Of a stretch of DNA of 32,000 bases, positions 1 through 8,590 are shown piece after piece. Both the position numbers and the translations under genes were made by a program. The notes beneath the pieces are model-generated. The model had not been told where the DNA came from, did no database searches, and worked only from the letters and a program-made list of their open reading frames with translations. This DNA is from Crocosphaera subtropica ATCC 51142 (lineage in GTDB: Bacteria; Cyanobacteriota; Cyanobacteriia; Cyanobacteriales; Microcystaceae), in contig NC_010546.1 in the NCBI RefSeq assembly GCF_000017845.1, positions 2,490,001 to 2,522,000 on the forward strand, written 5' to 3'. Every line of letters begins with the position of its first letter. The stretch's first letter is position 1.

Positions 1-77
1 TTGGATTAGGAATCATTATTGTCTTAATTGTTGGCATTCTTATGAGAGTGTTCCAATTGAATACTAACTCAAATTAA
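1..77 (+). CDS. 3' end of an upstream membrane-protein gene (partial, last 24 codons only)
   Basis: Frame 3 reads GLGIIIVLIVGILMRVFQLNTNSN then TAA (75-77). This is a hydrophobic helix followed by a polar tail. The start lies outside the window. Confidence 0.25.
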   Translation, partial: GLGIIIVLIVGILMRVFQLNTNSN

Positions 78-134
78 AGTTACAATAGATTAGGTGATAA
101 AAAATAAAGAATAAGATGCCTCACATTGTCTTAA

Positions 135-923
135 TCAAACATTATTAGAAATCAAGAATTTTACCAATTCACAAAACCCATCAATTTCTGATAAATTAGT
201 TAGATAGACAGGATGATATTGTAATTTTTCTGTATATTTGAGAATATTATTAACCCCAACAGAAATGGGAAATATATCTAGGTTAAATAAACTTTCATCA
301 TTAGGACTATCTCCTACAGTCATAATCTCTTGACAAGATAAATGTTTAAAATACGCTTCTTTGAGACTCATTAATGCTTTGGCTTTATTCTGTTCTAAGG
401 GTTTAAGATGTCCTTGAATATGACTATAGGTAAAACCCCAATTATTTTGATCACAAATGTCTTTGATGTTTAGTAATTCTTCTTGTGTTAATTCATGACA
501 ATCAAAAGTCCAATCTGTAATTCTAAATTGATTATCGCTAGAAGTAATGAGTTGAGGAAATTGAGACTTTAAATATTCAAAGTTATGTTGTAATGATTGA
601 CGATGTTTTACTACATCATCGATAGCTGTTAATGGGATTATTTTTTGATTATCTTTTAAACAATAAACTCCTCCATTTTCAGAAATAATTCCCCACACAG
701 GTAAATAGTTAACAATTCCTTGACACCATCCTGCTGATCGTCCTGTGATCAGGATAACTTTTATATGATGTTTTTGTAATTGTTCTAAAGTTGATAATAA
801 TTGACTACTAAATTCACCTTTTTTAGTTAAGGTTCCATCAATATCAGTGGCAATAATTTTTATATTTTTTAAATGTTTAATGATTAATTGTTGAGTTATT
901 CTTTTTAAAGTCATTTCAGACAA
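135..923 (-). CDS. HAD-IIB (Cof/SPP-like) family hydrolase/phosphatase
   Basis: 262-aa ORF. HAD motif I is DxDGT (IATDIDGTLT), motif II is ILITGRS, and the C-terminal motif is VGDSPND. The substrate cannot be determined from sequence. Confidence 0.85.
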   Translation of the reverse strand: MSEMTLKRITQQLIIKHLKNIKIIATDIDGTLTKKGEFSSQLLSTLEQLQKHHIKVILITGRSAGWCQGIVNYLPVWGIISENGGVYCLKDNQKIIPLTAIDDVVKHRQSLQHNFEYLKSQFPQLITSSDNQFRITDWTFDCHELTQEELLNIKDICDQNNWGFTYSHIQGHLKPLEQNKAKALMSLKEAYFKHLSCQEIMTVGDSPNDESLFNLDIFPISVGVNNILKYTEKLQYHPVYLTNLSEIDGFCELVKFLISNNV

Positions 924-1100
924 TTATCCTCAATTAAAAGATATCATCTTCCTAAAATAATCTATATTTTAGGTGTTTAATTAAGTATATGATACTTCAA
1001 TAAATTAATATAGAAATTCCCCAGAATGAAATTAAAATAAACATAGTGAAAATAATCATCATACTAATGTCCTGAAAAGAGTGATTATCAATAATTTGTG

Positions 1101-2867
1101 CTAAATTGATGGCTTTCCCAAGCGATAGGATTCTGCTTTCACTAATAAAGATGTTGCAAATTCCATAGCATCTTCTGATGAATGTCCCCCTGTTAATTGT
1201 GCTAATTCTTCCCTTCTGTTTTGAATGTTTTCTAATGCTTTAACCCTGACAACAGTTCTTAATTCGGGTAAACTTAATTGTCCATTTTCTTCATTTTGTA
1301 GTTGGGATAGTTCTTCAATAATTTGCTTTTCTACACGAAAATGATTTTCCGCCATTGCTGCTACTAAAGGTTGATGGGTAACACATAAAACTTGATAGGT
1401 TTCGCTTAAATTGTGTAATTTTTCTGCGATCGCTTGAGCTACTTTTCCTGATACGCCGGCATCAATTTCGTCAAAAATCAAGGTACTCGAAGATTTTTCT
1501 GACTTAGCAAAACAAGCTTTTAATGCTAAGAGAAAACGACTCATTTCCCCCCCTGAGGCAGTACGGGATAAGGGTTGTATTTTTTCCCCTGGGTTGGGAC
1601 TAAAATAAAAGACCACTTTATCACTACCATTCATGCTAGGAGGACAAGGGGTGATTTGACAGACAAATATCACTTTATCCATAGCCAAAGGTTTTAATTC
1701 TTTGACTAATTGTTTCTCTAATTTTGTGGCTGCTTTCTGTCTTAATAGGGTTAAGTCTTGACAGGTTTTAACTAAGTTTTCGTAAGCGAGATTATACTCT
1801 TTTTCTAACTTTTCAATGGACTGTTCACTATCATTTAATTCCTCTAGTTCAGCCCTTAGTTTCTCATATAAACTAATAGCATCGGCTAAATCAGGCCCAT
1901 ATTTGCGACAAATCCGCTTAATTAGGTTAATTCTCTCTTCTACCTCTGTTAATCGCTGTGGATCAGCTTCTAATCTGTCTCCGTAGCCATTTATCTCTTT
2001 TCCTGCTTCTACCACCTGGGTTAATGCGGATTGTACCATTTCTAACAATGGCTCAATTTCTTTATCATATTCTGTCATATCCGTCAAAAGCATTTCTGCT
2101 TCTCCCAGGCGATCGGCGATCGCCGGTTCTCCGTTATCGTTTTGATAGAGAAGTTGATAGGTTTCGTAGCTTAGTTTCTGCAACTCTACCACATGGGAGA
2201 GGCGATCGCGTTCTTGTTCGAGTTGTTCCAGTTCATTGGGATCGCTTAATTGTGCCTCATCCAGTTCTTTGAGTTGATATTCTAACAAATCAAGGCGTTG
2301 TAGGCGTTCTTGTTCTGATTTTTTCCGCTTTTCTAAGGTTTTTTCTGCTTTTTTACAATTTTCGTAAGCAGACTCTACTAACTTCCGTTGTTTGAGGATA
2401 GCAGTACCCCCATAGAGATCCAATAATTCCCGTTGTCGGGTTGCATCCATCAATTGCACGGTTTGACCTTGTGCAGTGATTTCTACAAGGAGATTGCGGA
2501 ATTGTCCCATTAACTGTAAGTTAACCAGAACCCCATTAATTCGGGAACGGGATCGCACAGTTTCCCCTGTCAAGGACAACTCTCGTAAACATACCACAGT
2601 CCCATCATCCAAGGGATCAATTTCTTGTTCTTGTAACCACTGTAACACCCTCTCATTCCCGTCAAAGGTGGCTTCTAAGGATGCGTGTTGAGTTCCTTGA
2701 CGAATGAGACGATTATTGACTTTACCCCCTAATACAACATCAATCGCATCTAGGATAATGGATTTTCCGGCCCCTGTTTCCCCTGTCAACACATTCAACC
2801 CTTGACCAAACTCAAGGGTTAAGCGATCAACCAACGCAAAATTTTTAATCTGCAATAAAGAGAGCAT
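1101..2867 (-). CDS. recN: DNA repair protein RecN (SMC-like ATPase)
   Basis: 588 aa. The N-terminus is LLQIKNFALV...LNVLTGETGAGKS (Walker A). A long coiled-coil middle is followed by the ABC signature ASGGEMSRFLLAL and Walker B LIFDEIDAG. Confidence 0.95.
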   Translation of the reverse strand: MLSLLQIKNFALVDRLTLEFGQGLNVLTGETGAGKSIILDAIDVVLGGKVNNRLIRQGTQHASLEATFDGNERVLQWLQEQEIDPLDDGTVVCLRELSLTGETVRSRSRINGVLVNLQLMGQFRNLLVEITAQGQTVQLMDATRQRELLDLYGGTAILKQRKLVESAYENCKKAEKTLEKRKKSEQERLQRLDLLEYQLKELDEAQLSDPNELEQLEQERDRLSHVVELQKLSYETYQLLYQNDNGEPAIADRLGEAEMLLTDMTEYDKEIEPLLEMVQSALTQVVEAGKEINGYGDRLEADPQRLTEVEERINLIKRICRKYGPDLADAISLYEKLRAELEELNDSEQSIEKLEKEYNLAYENLVKTCQDLTLLRQKAATKLEKQLVKELKPLAMDKVIFVCQITPCPPSMNGSDKVVFYFSPNPGEKIQPLSRTASGGEMSRFLLALKACFAKSEKSSSTLIFDEIDAGVSGKVAQAIAEKLHNLSETYQVLCVTHQPLVAAMAENHFRVEKQIIEELSQLQNEENGQLSLPELRTVVRVKALENIQNRREELAQLTGGHSSEDAMEFATSLLVKAESYRLGKPSI

Positions 2868-3115
2868 GGAGTTATATTGACCTTTTGAGGCTGGAAACCA
2901 GTATAAGTTTATTTCTTGATCTTAAGCAATTTCTAGAAAACTGCAACTATTTTTGTTAACAAAACCCAAGTAATGTTTAAATACACTCTTTTTTTTTGAT
3001 TATACTGTAAGTAGTTAGACAAATTTAATCTAAAAGTTAAGAACTATTTAACCCTTATAGATTAAATAAAGTTAACCTAGGTTTCTTATTAGCTAATTGA
3101 ACTGTTAAGAATACT

Positions 3116-5122
3116 TTGTCTCATTCTTATCCTCCCCATAAAAACCATCAAGAAGATATCTTTTTAATCTGTGGATTAGGAAGTTTAGGACAGCATTGTG
3201 TTTTATCCCTTAAAAAATTCAGGGTAAAAGTCGTTGCTATTGAACTTTTTAAACCTAAAATTTGGGAAATTCCTGAGATTGAAGACTTAATTGATGAGTT
3301 AATTTTTGCTGATTGTCGACACATGAAAATCTTACAACAAGCTAATATCGAAAAATGTCGTGCTGCGTTATTAGTTACTACCAACGAACAGGTTAATATT
3401 GAAACCGCTTTAGCCATACATCAATTAAATCCGAAAACCCGTTTAGTGGTGCGTTCGGCACAAGATAATCTTAATAGTTTGCTGGAGGAACAATTAGGAA
3501 ATTTTATTGCTTATGAACCGACCCAACTCCCTACTACTGCTTTTGCTTTAGCTGCTTTAGGAAGTGAGATTAAAGGCTTTTTTACATTAGATGGTCAACC
3601 TTTACAAATTATACAACGTCGTCTTAAAAGTAATGATTCTTGGTGTTATACTCGTTATCTTCATGAATTAAACACTCGTACTCGTTCGTTACTTTCTTAT
3701 CATCATCAGTTTCCAAATTTTTGGGGATCTTTCCATCAATGGAACCCTGAAACAATTTTACAACCAGGGGATCTTATTACCTATATTCAGGTTAAAGATG
3801 TATTAACTTTTAACCAATCAAAATCAACCAATTCTCCTCTTTTTTCTAAGTCAAAACCTTTTTTATTGCGGATCAAAAGTTCTATTTTTCAATTGTGGAG
3901 AAAAGGACGAAACTATTTACGAGGAGTAGCCTTAATATGTGGGGCTATTGTCTTGATTTTGCTGTTTTTCGGTACAATTTTAATTCATAGTTATTATCCT
4001 GAATCAACTTTCTTTTCTGCTTTTTCAGCTACCGTTATTCTACTACTAGGGGGATATTCTGATCTATTTGGAGAATTTGAACAAATGGAACAAATCCCCC
4101 ATTGGCTACAATTATTTAGCTTAGGATTAACCTTATCAGGTACGGCTTTTGTGGGGGTTTTATATGCGTTATTAACGGAATTATTATTATCCACTAAATT
4201 TCAATTTGTTAAACGTCGTCCTCCCATTCCTGAGCAAAATCATATTATTATTATTGGTTTAGGAAGAGTCGGAAGAGAAGTGGCTAGATTATTACAAGGG
4301 TTTAAACAAGCTTTATTAGGCATTAGTTTTAAAGCTGATATTGCTTCAGAAATAATGTTAGATATTCCTTTAATGTCTGGACATTTACCAGATGTTCTTC
4401 CTCAAGCTAATTTAGAAACCGCTAAAAGTATTGTCGTTGTTACTGATGATGAAATTCTCAATTTAGAAGTTGCTTTAACCGCAAAAAAACTCAATCCTAA
4501 TTGCCATTTAGTGATTCGTACTGCTGGACAACAATTAGGAAAATATCTATTACAAATTTTACCCCATGCTCAAATTGTAGGAACCTACGAAGTGGCAGCA
4601 GAAGTATTTGCCGGTGCTGCTTTTGGGGAGAATATTATTACCCTTTTTCGTCTCAATAATCAAACCATTTTAGTGACAGAATATTCTATTGAATCTGAAG
4701 ATACTTTAAATGGATTATTATTAGCAGATATCGCTTATGGTTATGGTGTTGTTCCTATTTTGTATCAAAAACCGTCTCAATCTTCTATTTTTATGCCTCA
4801 TGAAGAATTGAGATTATCGGTAGGCGATCGCTTGGTAGTTTTAGCTACAATTGAGGGGTTAAAATCTATCGAAAAAGGACAACTTTCTTTAGATAAAAAA
4901 AGATGGAAAATTCAGATTCAAAATGCTGCTACTAATGACGCTATTTTTGAAGGGGCTAACACTTTATCTAGGATTTCTGGTTGTTCTTTAAGTTTAGCAC
5001 GAAATTTAATGAAGGAACTACCTACTATTTTTCCCATCCCTTTATACTATCATCAAGGATTAAGATTAGTCCGAGAATTGCGTAAGTTACGAGTTGACTC
5101 TCATTTAATTTCTGTGGAATAA
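3116..5122 (+). CDS. TrkA-N/RCK domain membrane protein (K+ channel/transport-related)
   Basis: 668 aa. Two Rossmann GxGxxG motifs (ICGLGSLGQ near the N-terminus, IIGLGRVGRE mid-protein) flank a hydrophobic block of several TM helices. The ORF needs a TTG start at 3116, because the first in-frame ATG lies after the first Rossmann motif. Confidence 0.85.
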   Translation: MSHSYPPHKNHQEDIFLICGLGSLGQHCVLSLKKFRVKVVAIELFKPKIWEIPEIEDLIDELIFADCRHMKILQQANIEKCRAALLVTTNEQVNIETALAIHQLNPKTRLVVRSAQDNLNSLLEEQLGNFIAYEPTQLPTTAFALAALGSEIKGFFTLDGQPLQIIQRRLKSNDSWCYTRYLHELNTRTRSLLSYHHQFPNFWGSFHQWNPETILQPGDLITYIQVKDVLTFNQSKSTNSPLFSKSKPFLLRIKSSIFQLWRKGRNYLRGVALICGAIVLILLFFGTILIHSYYPESTFFSAFSATVILLLGGYSDLFGEFEQMEQIPHWLQLFSLGLTLSGTAFVGVLYALLTELLLSTKFQFVKRRPPIPEQNHIIIIGLGRVGREVARLLQGFKQALLGISFKADIASEIMLDIPLMSGHLPDVLPQANLETAKSIVVVTDDEILNLEVALTAKKLNPNCHLVIRTAGQQLGKYLLQILPHAQIVGTYEVAAEVFAGAAFGENIITLFRLNNQTILVTEYSIESEDTLNGLLLADIAYGYGVVPILYQKPSQSSIFMPHEELRLSVGDRLVVLATIEGLKSIEKGQLSLDKKRWKIQIQNAATNDAIFEGANTLSRISGCSLSLARNLMKELPTIFPIPLYYHQGLRLVRELRKLRVDSHLISVE

Positions 5123-5143
5123 AATAATGGTTAAATAATTGAA

Positions 5144-6625
5144 TTATAATGTTAGAATAGATTGAAGACGATGACGAACCCAATCAATGATATTACTCTC
5201 TTCTTCTTCAGCTTTCAATAATCCTTTCTCCTTTAATTCTTCTCGACGGCGATTCAATTCTTCTTGGTTTTTTCCTAACTCTTCTACAATGCGATCGCAT
5301 AATGCTGGATGATTTTTGAGAAGTATATCAAATTGCTGATTATTAATAGAAAATAAGATCGTTTCTCGTTGCGCTTTTACGCTTGCAGTACGAGGAATAC
5401 CTAACATTAAAGCTAATTCTCCGAAAAAATCCCCTTTTTCTAAAATAGCTAAGGTTTTATTCAAGGTTTCCGTATAAATTTCTACCGATCCAGATAAAAT
5501 AATATAAAAAGCATCCCCTGGATCATTTTCTCTGAATAAAATTTCATTATGTTTCAGTTCTTTTAATGTACCAATTTCAATCAATTTTCTAATGTGTAAA
5601 TCATCTAGTGTTTTAAAATATTCTACCTTATTCAATAATTCTTTAATAGAGAATAAACCTGATGAAGTTAATGGATCAGGTTGTGTATAATGATTTGTAA
5701 GTGCTTGATGAGTGGCTAATGTTATGTGATTTTCTACTTTTTGTGTGGGTAAAAAATTCATGGTTTCATAATGCTTAAACCACAATTCTCGTTGAGCCAA
5801 GGGTATTCTAATATTTCGTTGTCGTAAATTATATTCAACAGCAAAATACAAAGAACTCATGATTTCAAACCGAATTCCCATGTTATCACTTTCTATCCAA
5901 AACCAAAGTTCAAATTCTAAACAGCTATCGCCCAACCCTTTAAAAATAACTTTTGGTGGTGGTAATTTTAAAACATAACTTTCTGAGTAAGCAGAGATCA
6001 ATAAAGTTTCTGTTACTAACACTAAATCACTCTTATAATCAACTCTAATTAATAAATTTAAACGCACGTTATCAGTTTTGTAATGATAATTAGTAAGTGG
6101 ATTTTCCATTAAATTTCGGTTAGGGACAATCACGGAAGATCCATCTTCTAGTTTAATTGTGGCGGAACGAGTTGAAATTTCCGTGACGTAACCCTCTATA
6201 TCATTAAACTTAACAAAATTACCTATTTTTATTTTTCTTTCCAATAATAAACTGAGTCCGCTAACTAAATTTTTGGTCATTCCTTGTAACCCTAAACCAA
6301 TACCAATGCCAACACCACCCCCTAAAAAAGCAAGTGCTGAAACATTAAATCCTGTGGTTTGTAAGATTATAATAAAACAAAAAGCACCCATACCATAACT
6401 AATTAAACTAGCAGAAACGTAACGAATTCCATGTTCACTAATTAATCTTTTTAGTAGTCTTCTTCTTAAAATTTTGTTTAAGTAATTCGCTAAAATAGCA
6501 ATAATAATTAAATAAGCAATAACTTGAAATAAATAGGTTAAAGTAACCTCATTCTTACCAATAGAAAAGGTAATACTATCTAAAATACTAATTAGATTGT
6601 TGAAAATTCCCTGTAAGTTAAACAT
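5144..6625 (-). CDS. MscS-family mechanosensitive channel with C-terminal cyclic-nucleotide-binding domain (bCNG-type)
   Basis: 493 aa. N-terminal TM helices are followed by an MscS beta-domain (IKIGNFVKFNDIEGYVTEISTRSATIK). The C-terminal cNMP-binding signature is FGELALMLGIPRTASVKA. Confidence 0.9.
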   Translation of the reverse strand: MFNLQGIFNNLISILDSITFSIGKNEVTLTYLFQVIAYLIIIAILANYLNKILRRRLLKRLISEHGIRYVSASLISYGMGAFCFIIILQTTGFNVSALAFLGGGVGIGIGLGLQGMTKNLVSGLSLLLERKIKIGNFVKFNDIEGYVTEISTRSATIKLEDGSSVIVPNRNLMENPLTNYHYKTDNVRLNLLIRVDYKSDLVLVTETLLISAYSESYVLKLPPPKVIFKGLGDSCLEFELWFWIESDNMGIRFEIMSSLYFAVEYNLRQRNIRIPLAQRELWFKHYETMNFLPTQKVENHITLATHQALTNHYTQPDPLTSSGLFSIKELLNKVEYFKTLDDLHIRKLIEIGTLKELKHNEILFRENDPGDAFYIILSGSVEIYTETLNKTLAILEKGDFFGELALMLGIPRTASVKAQRETILFSINNQQFDILLKNHPALCDRIVEELGKNQEELNRRREELKEKGLLKAEEEESNIIDWVRHRLQSILTL

Positions 6626-6868
6626 TAGTTTATATCCTGTCTATGTCCATATAAATTATTTATGGTGTTATTTAATACAATTTTTATATAAATGTACAAT
6701 TAGTAAAGACCTTAAATTAATACTATCGTTATTAAATAGTAAGCTAGTCTTTATTTAATGAAAATTTTTTGTTTCTTCTAAATTCGTAAATCCTATAAGG
6801 AAGGTATTCTACGTCTACAGCTTGGAAACCTATGTTACTCCAAATATTAAAAGGAAATTGAATAATTA

Positions 6869-7312
6869 CTAACTTTCATCTTTAATATCTTGTGACTGTG
6901 CAAGTAAAGTAGTAATAATTTTTACTGTTTTTTGGGCTGAAAATATTTTTTTTAGTATTTCTATAAATTCTTCTTCTAAGTCTATTTTTATCTCTGGGTT
7001 TCTAGGGGACAAAGATAGTTCATTTGCTATGGAAGTATCAGGAATAATTTTAATAGGATATATTTCTATAGGAAATGCAAAATCAAATAATCTATACTCA
7101 TAATTAATACTAGAACAAACAAGAACGAATCTATAAGTAAATGGAAAATCAATAAGCTTAGTAGAAGAATTAAAAGTTTTAACTTCACCTACAACAATAT
7201 TATTAGTTTTTCGTCCTAAGATTTTTCCTTGTTCTTTAATAATAGTTACAGGAGAAATAATTTCTGTCGTTTTAATTTCATCTGGCCATAAATCTTGTTT
7301 GTAATCTACCAT
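6869..7312 (-). CDS. hypothetical protein (147 aa), follows the EEP-like gene after a 13-nt gap
   Basis: Clean ORF. Its ATG (7312) lies 13 nt downstream of the EEP gene's TAA, and an AAGGA Shine-Dalgarno sits 9 nt upstream of the ATG. I recognise no motif in the product. Confidence 0.7.
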   Translation of the reverse strand: MVDYKQDLWPDEIKTTEIISPVTIIKEQGKILGRKTNNIVVGEVKTFNSSTKLIDFPFTYRFVLVCSSINYEYRLFDFAFPIEIYPIKIIPDTSIANELSLSPRNPEIKIDLEEEFIEILKKIFSAQKTVKIITTLLAQSQDIKDES

Positions 7313-7325
7313 TTTTGTAGTCCTT

Positions 7326-8138
7326 TTAAATAGCTAATGTAAACTTAATGGGAAGGTGATCAGAATACTGTTTTTTATTCGGATAACCTTTAGAATTCAA
7401 TAAAGAAACCTTACCATCGAACTCAACAATTTCTAAATCTTCTACTCTAAAATTATCTAAAAGTTCAGGACGAATTAATACTTGATCTAACATATTCCAA
7501 AAATAAACTTTATGAACCGCTTGACGTAAATAATAAGTTCCTGGTACACCTGGAGAATGATCTCCTAATAAATTCTACATTGGATTATAAAAGAATTTAT
7601 ACTCTTTTTGTTGAACTTTTCTAGACATAGATGAAGCAATTTTTTTAGTCATCACTGCGTGTAACCCATTAGCCATAATAACCCCTGCTTGAAACGGGTT
7701 CATATTCAAATCACCCACTAAAACAGTCCGACTATGACCTAATCTTAGTTCAGTTTCTTTGATAGTTTCAGCTAAATTATAACATTCTGCATTTTGGCTG
7801 TTTTCATCCCAGTTATATTTATCAACAAAATGAATCACTGCTAATAATATACTGTCACTTCCTGGTAAAGTAACATGACGAATGGTTAACCGATCAGATT
7901 CAAATATAGGTTTAATAAACTCGTTAGGAAATTTAGTAAAAATTTTAATCTTTTCACAATTACCAGGTATATAATAATAACTTCCTTTTCCATCAGCATT
8001 TAAAGCATTGAGGAGATCAGCAATAACAATATTCCACTCACAAAACATCAAAACATCAATATCATAGAATTGAGTCAAAGAAACAATGTTATCAATGAGT
8101 GGTTTCTTATTCAGATTCCAAAATAAAAAAGTTTTCAT
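7326..8138 (-). pseudogene. endonuclease/exonuclease/phosphatase (EEP) family gene interrupted by a single in-frame TAG (7575-7577)
   Basis: One continuous frame reads MKTFLFWNLN...MFCEWN...VLVGDLNMNP...FFYNPM-TAG-NLLGDHSPG...QYSDHLPIKFTLAI-TAA. All four EEP motifs occur in order. The catalytic SDH motif lies downstream of the stop. The ORF track shows only the N-terminal 195 aa (from a GTG at 8162). Confidence 0.8.
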
Positions 8139-8210
8139 CAATTCAAAAGAAAAAAATCCCACATTAGCAGGATTTTTATTATGTTACATCATATACCGTT
8201 AGTGTTGAAT

Positions 8211-8486
8211 TTAACCACCAGCAACCGCAGGAACGATACTGACTTCATCTCCATCGTTTAACGCAGTTTCCGTATTGTCTAAAAAGCGAATATCTTCACT
8301 ATTCACATAAAAATTTAAGAAGCGACGGGGTTTACCATCATCATCGCACAAACGGGCTTTTATCCCAGGAAAACTACTTTCCAAGGTTTCAATTAACGCA
8401 CCAACATTATCTGCACTACATTCTAAAGTTGCTTGGTTGTTGGTGTATTTTTGTAGAGGAGTGGGAATTAATACTTTGACAGCCAT
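8211..8486 (-). CDS. CysO/MoaD/ThiS-family sulfur-carrier protein (beta-grasp, C-terminal GG)
   Basis: The 91-aa product [12 protein letters not shown]...[14 protein letters not shown] ends in the diglycine needed for thiocarboxylation. The ATG at 8486 is preferred over the TTG at 8507 used by the track. Confidence 0.85.
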   Translation of the reverse strand: MAVKVLIPTPLQKYTNNQATLECSADNVGALIETLESSFPGIKARLCDDDGKPRRFLNFYVNSEDIRFLDNTETALNDGDEVSIVPAVAGG

Positions 8487-8535
8487 AGTTATCCAAAAAT
8501 GAACCAATTATTCGTAATGATGGCTAAAAATTGCC

Positions 8536-8580
8536 AAAAAAACAGCCGTCAAGGATACAACAAGGGAAACCCTGACGGCT
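8536..8580 (-). terminator. rho-independent terminator between thrC and the sulfur-carrier gene
   Basis: The minus strand reads AGCCGTCAGGG-(15 nt loop)-CCTTGACGGCT followed by GTTTTTTTGG. The stem is 11 bp with one G-U pair. It starts 10 nt after the thrC stop. Confidence 0.7.
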
Positions 8581-8590
8581 TTAAGGGGGA

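Noticed and set aside
1958-4194. Short ORFs antisense to recN (1958-2272, 2476-2691) and to the TrkA-N gene (3148-3417, 3994-4194)
   Set aside because: They lie entirely inside well-supported genes on the other strand and have low-complexity or odd composition, as is typical of shadow ORFs.
8139-8507. Track start codons for the EEP gene (GTG 8162) and the sulfur carrier (TTG 8507)
   Set aside because: In both genes an in-frame ATG a few codons downstream (8138 and 8486) gives the family-typical N-terminus (MKTFLFWN..., MAVKVLIP...). The extensions add only hydrophobic junk.
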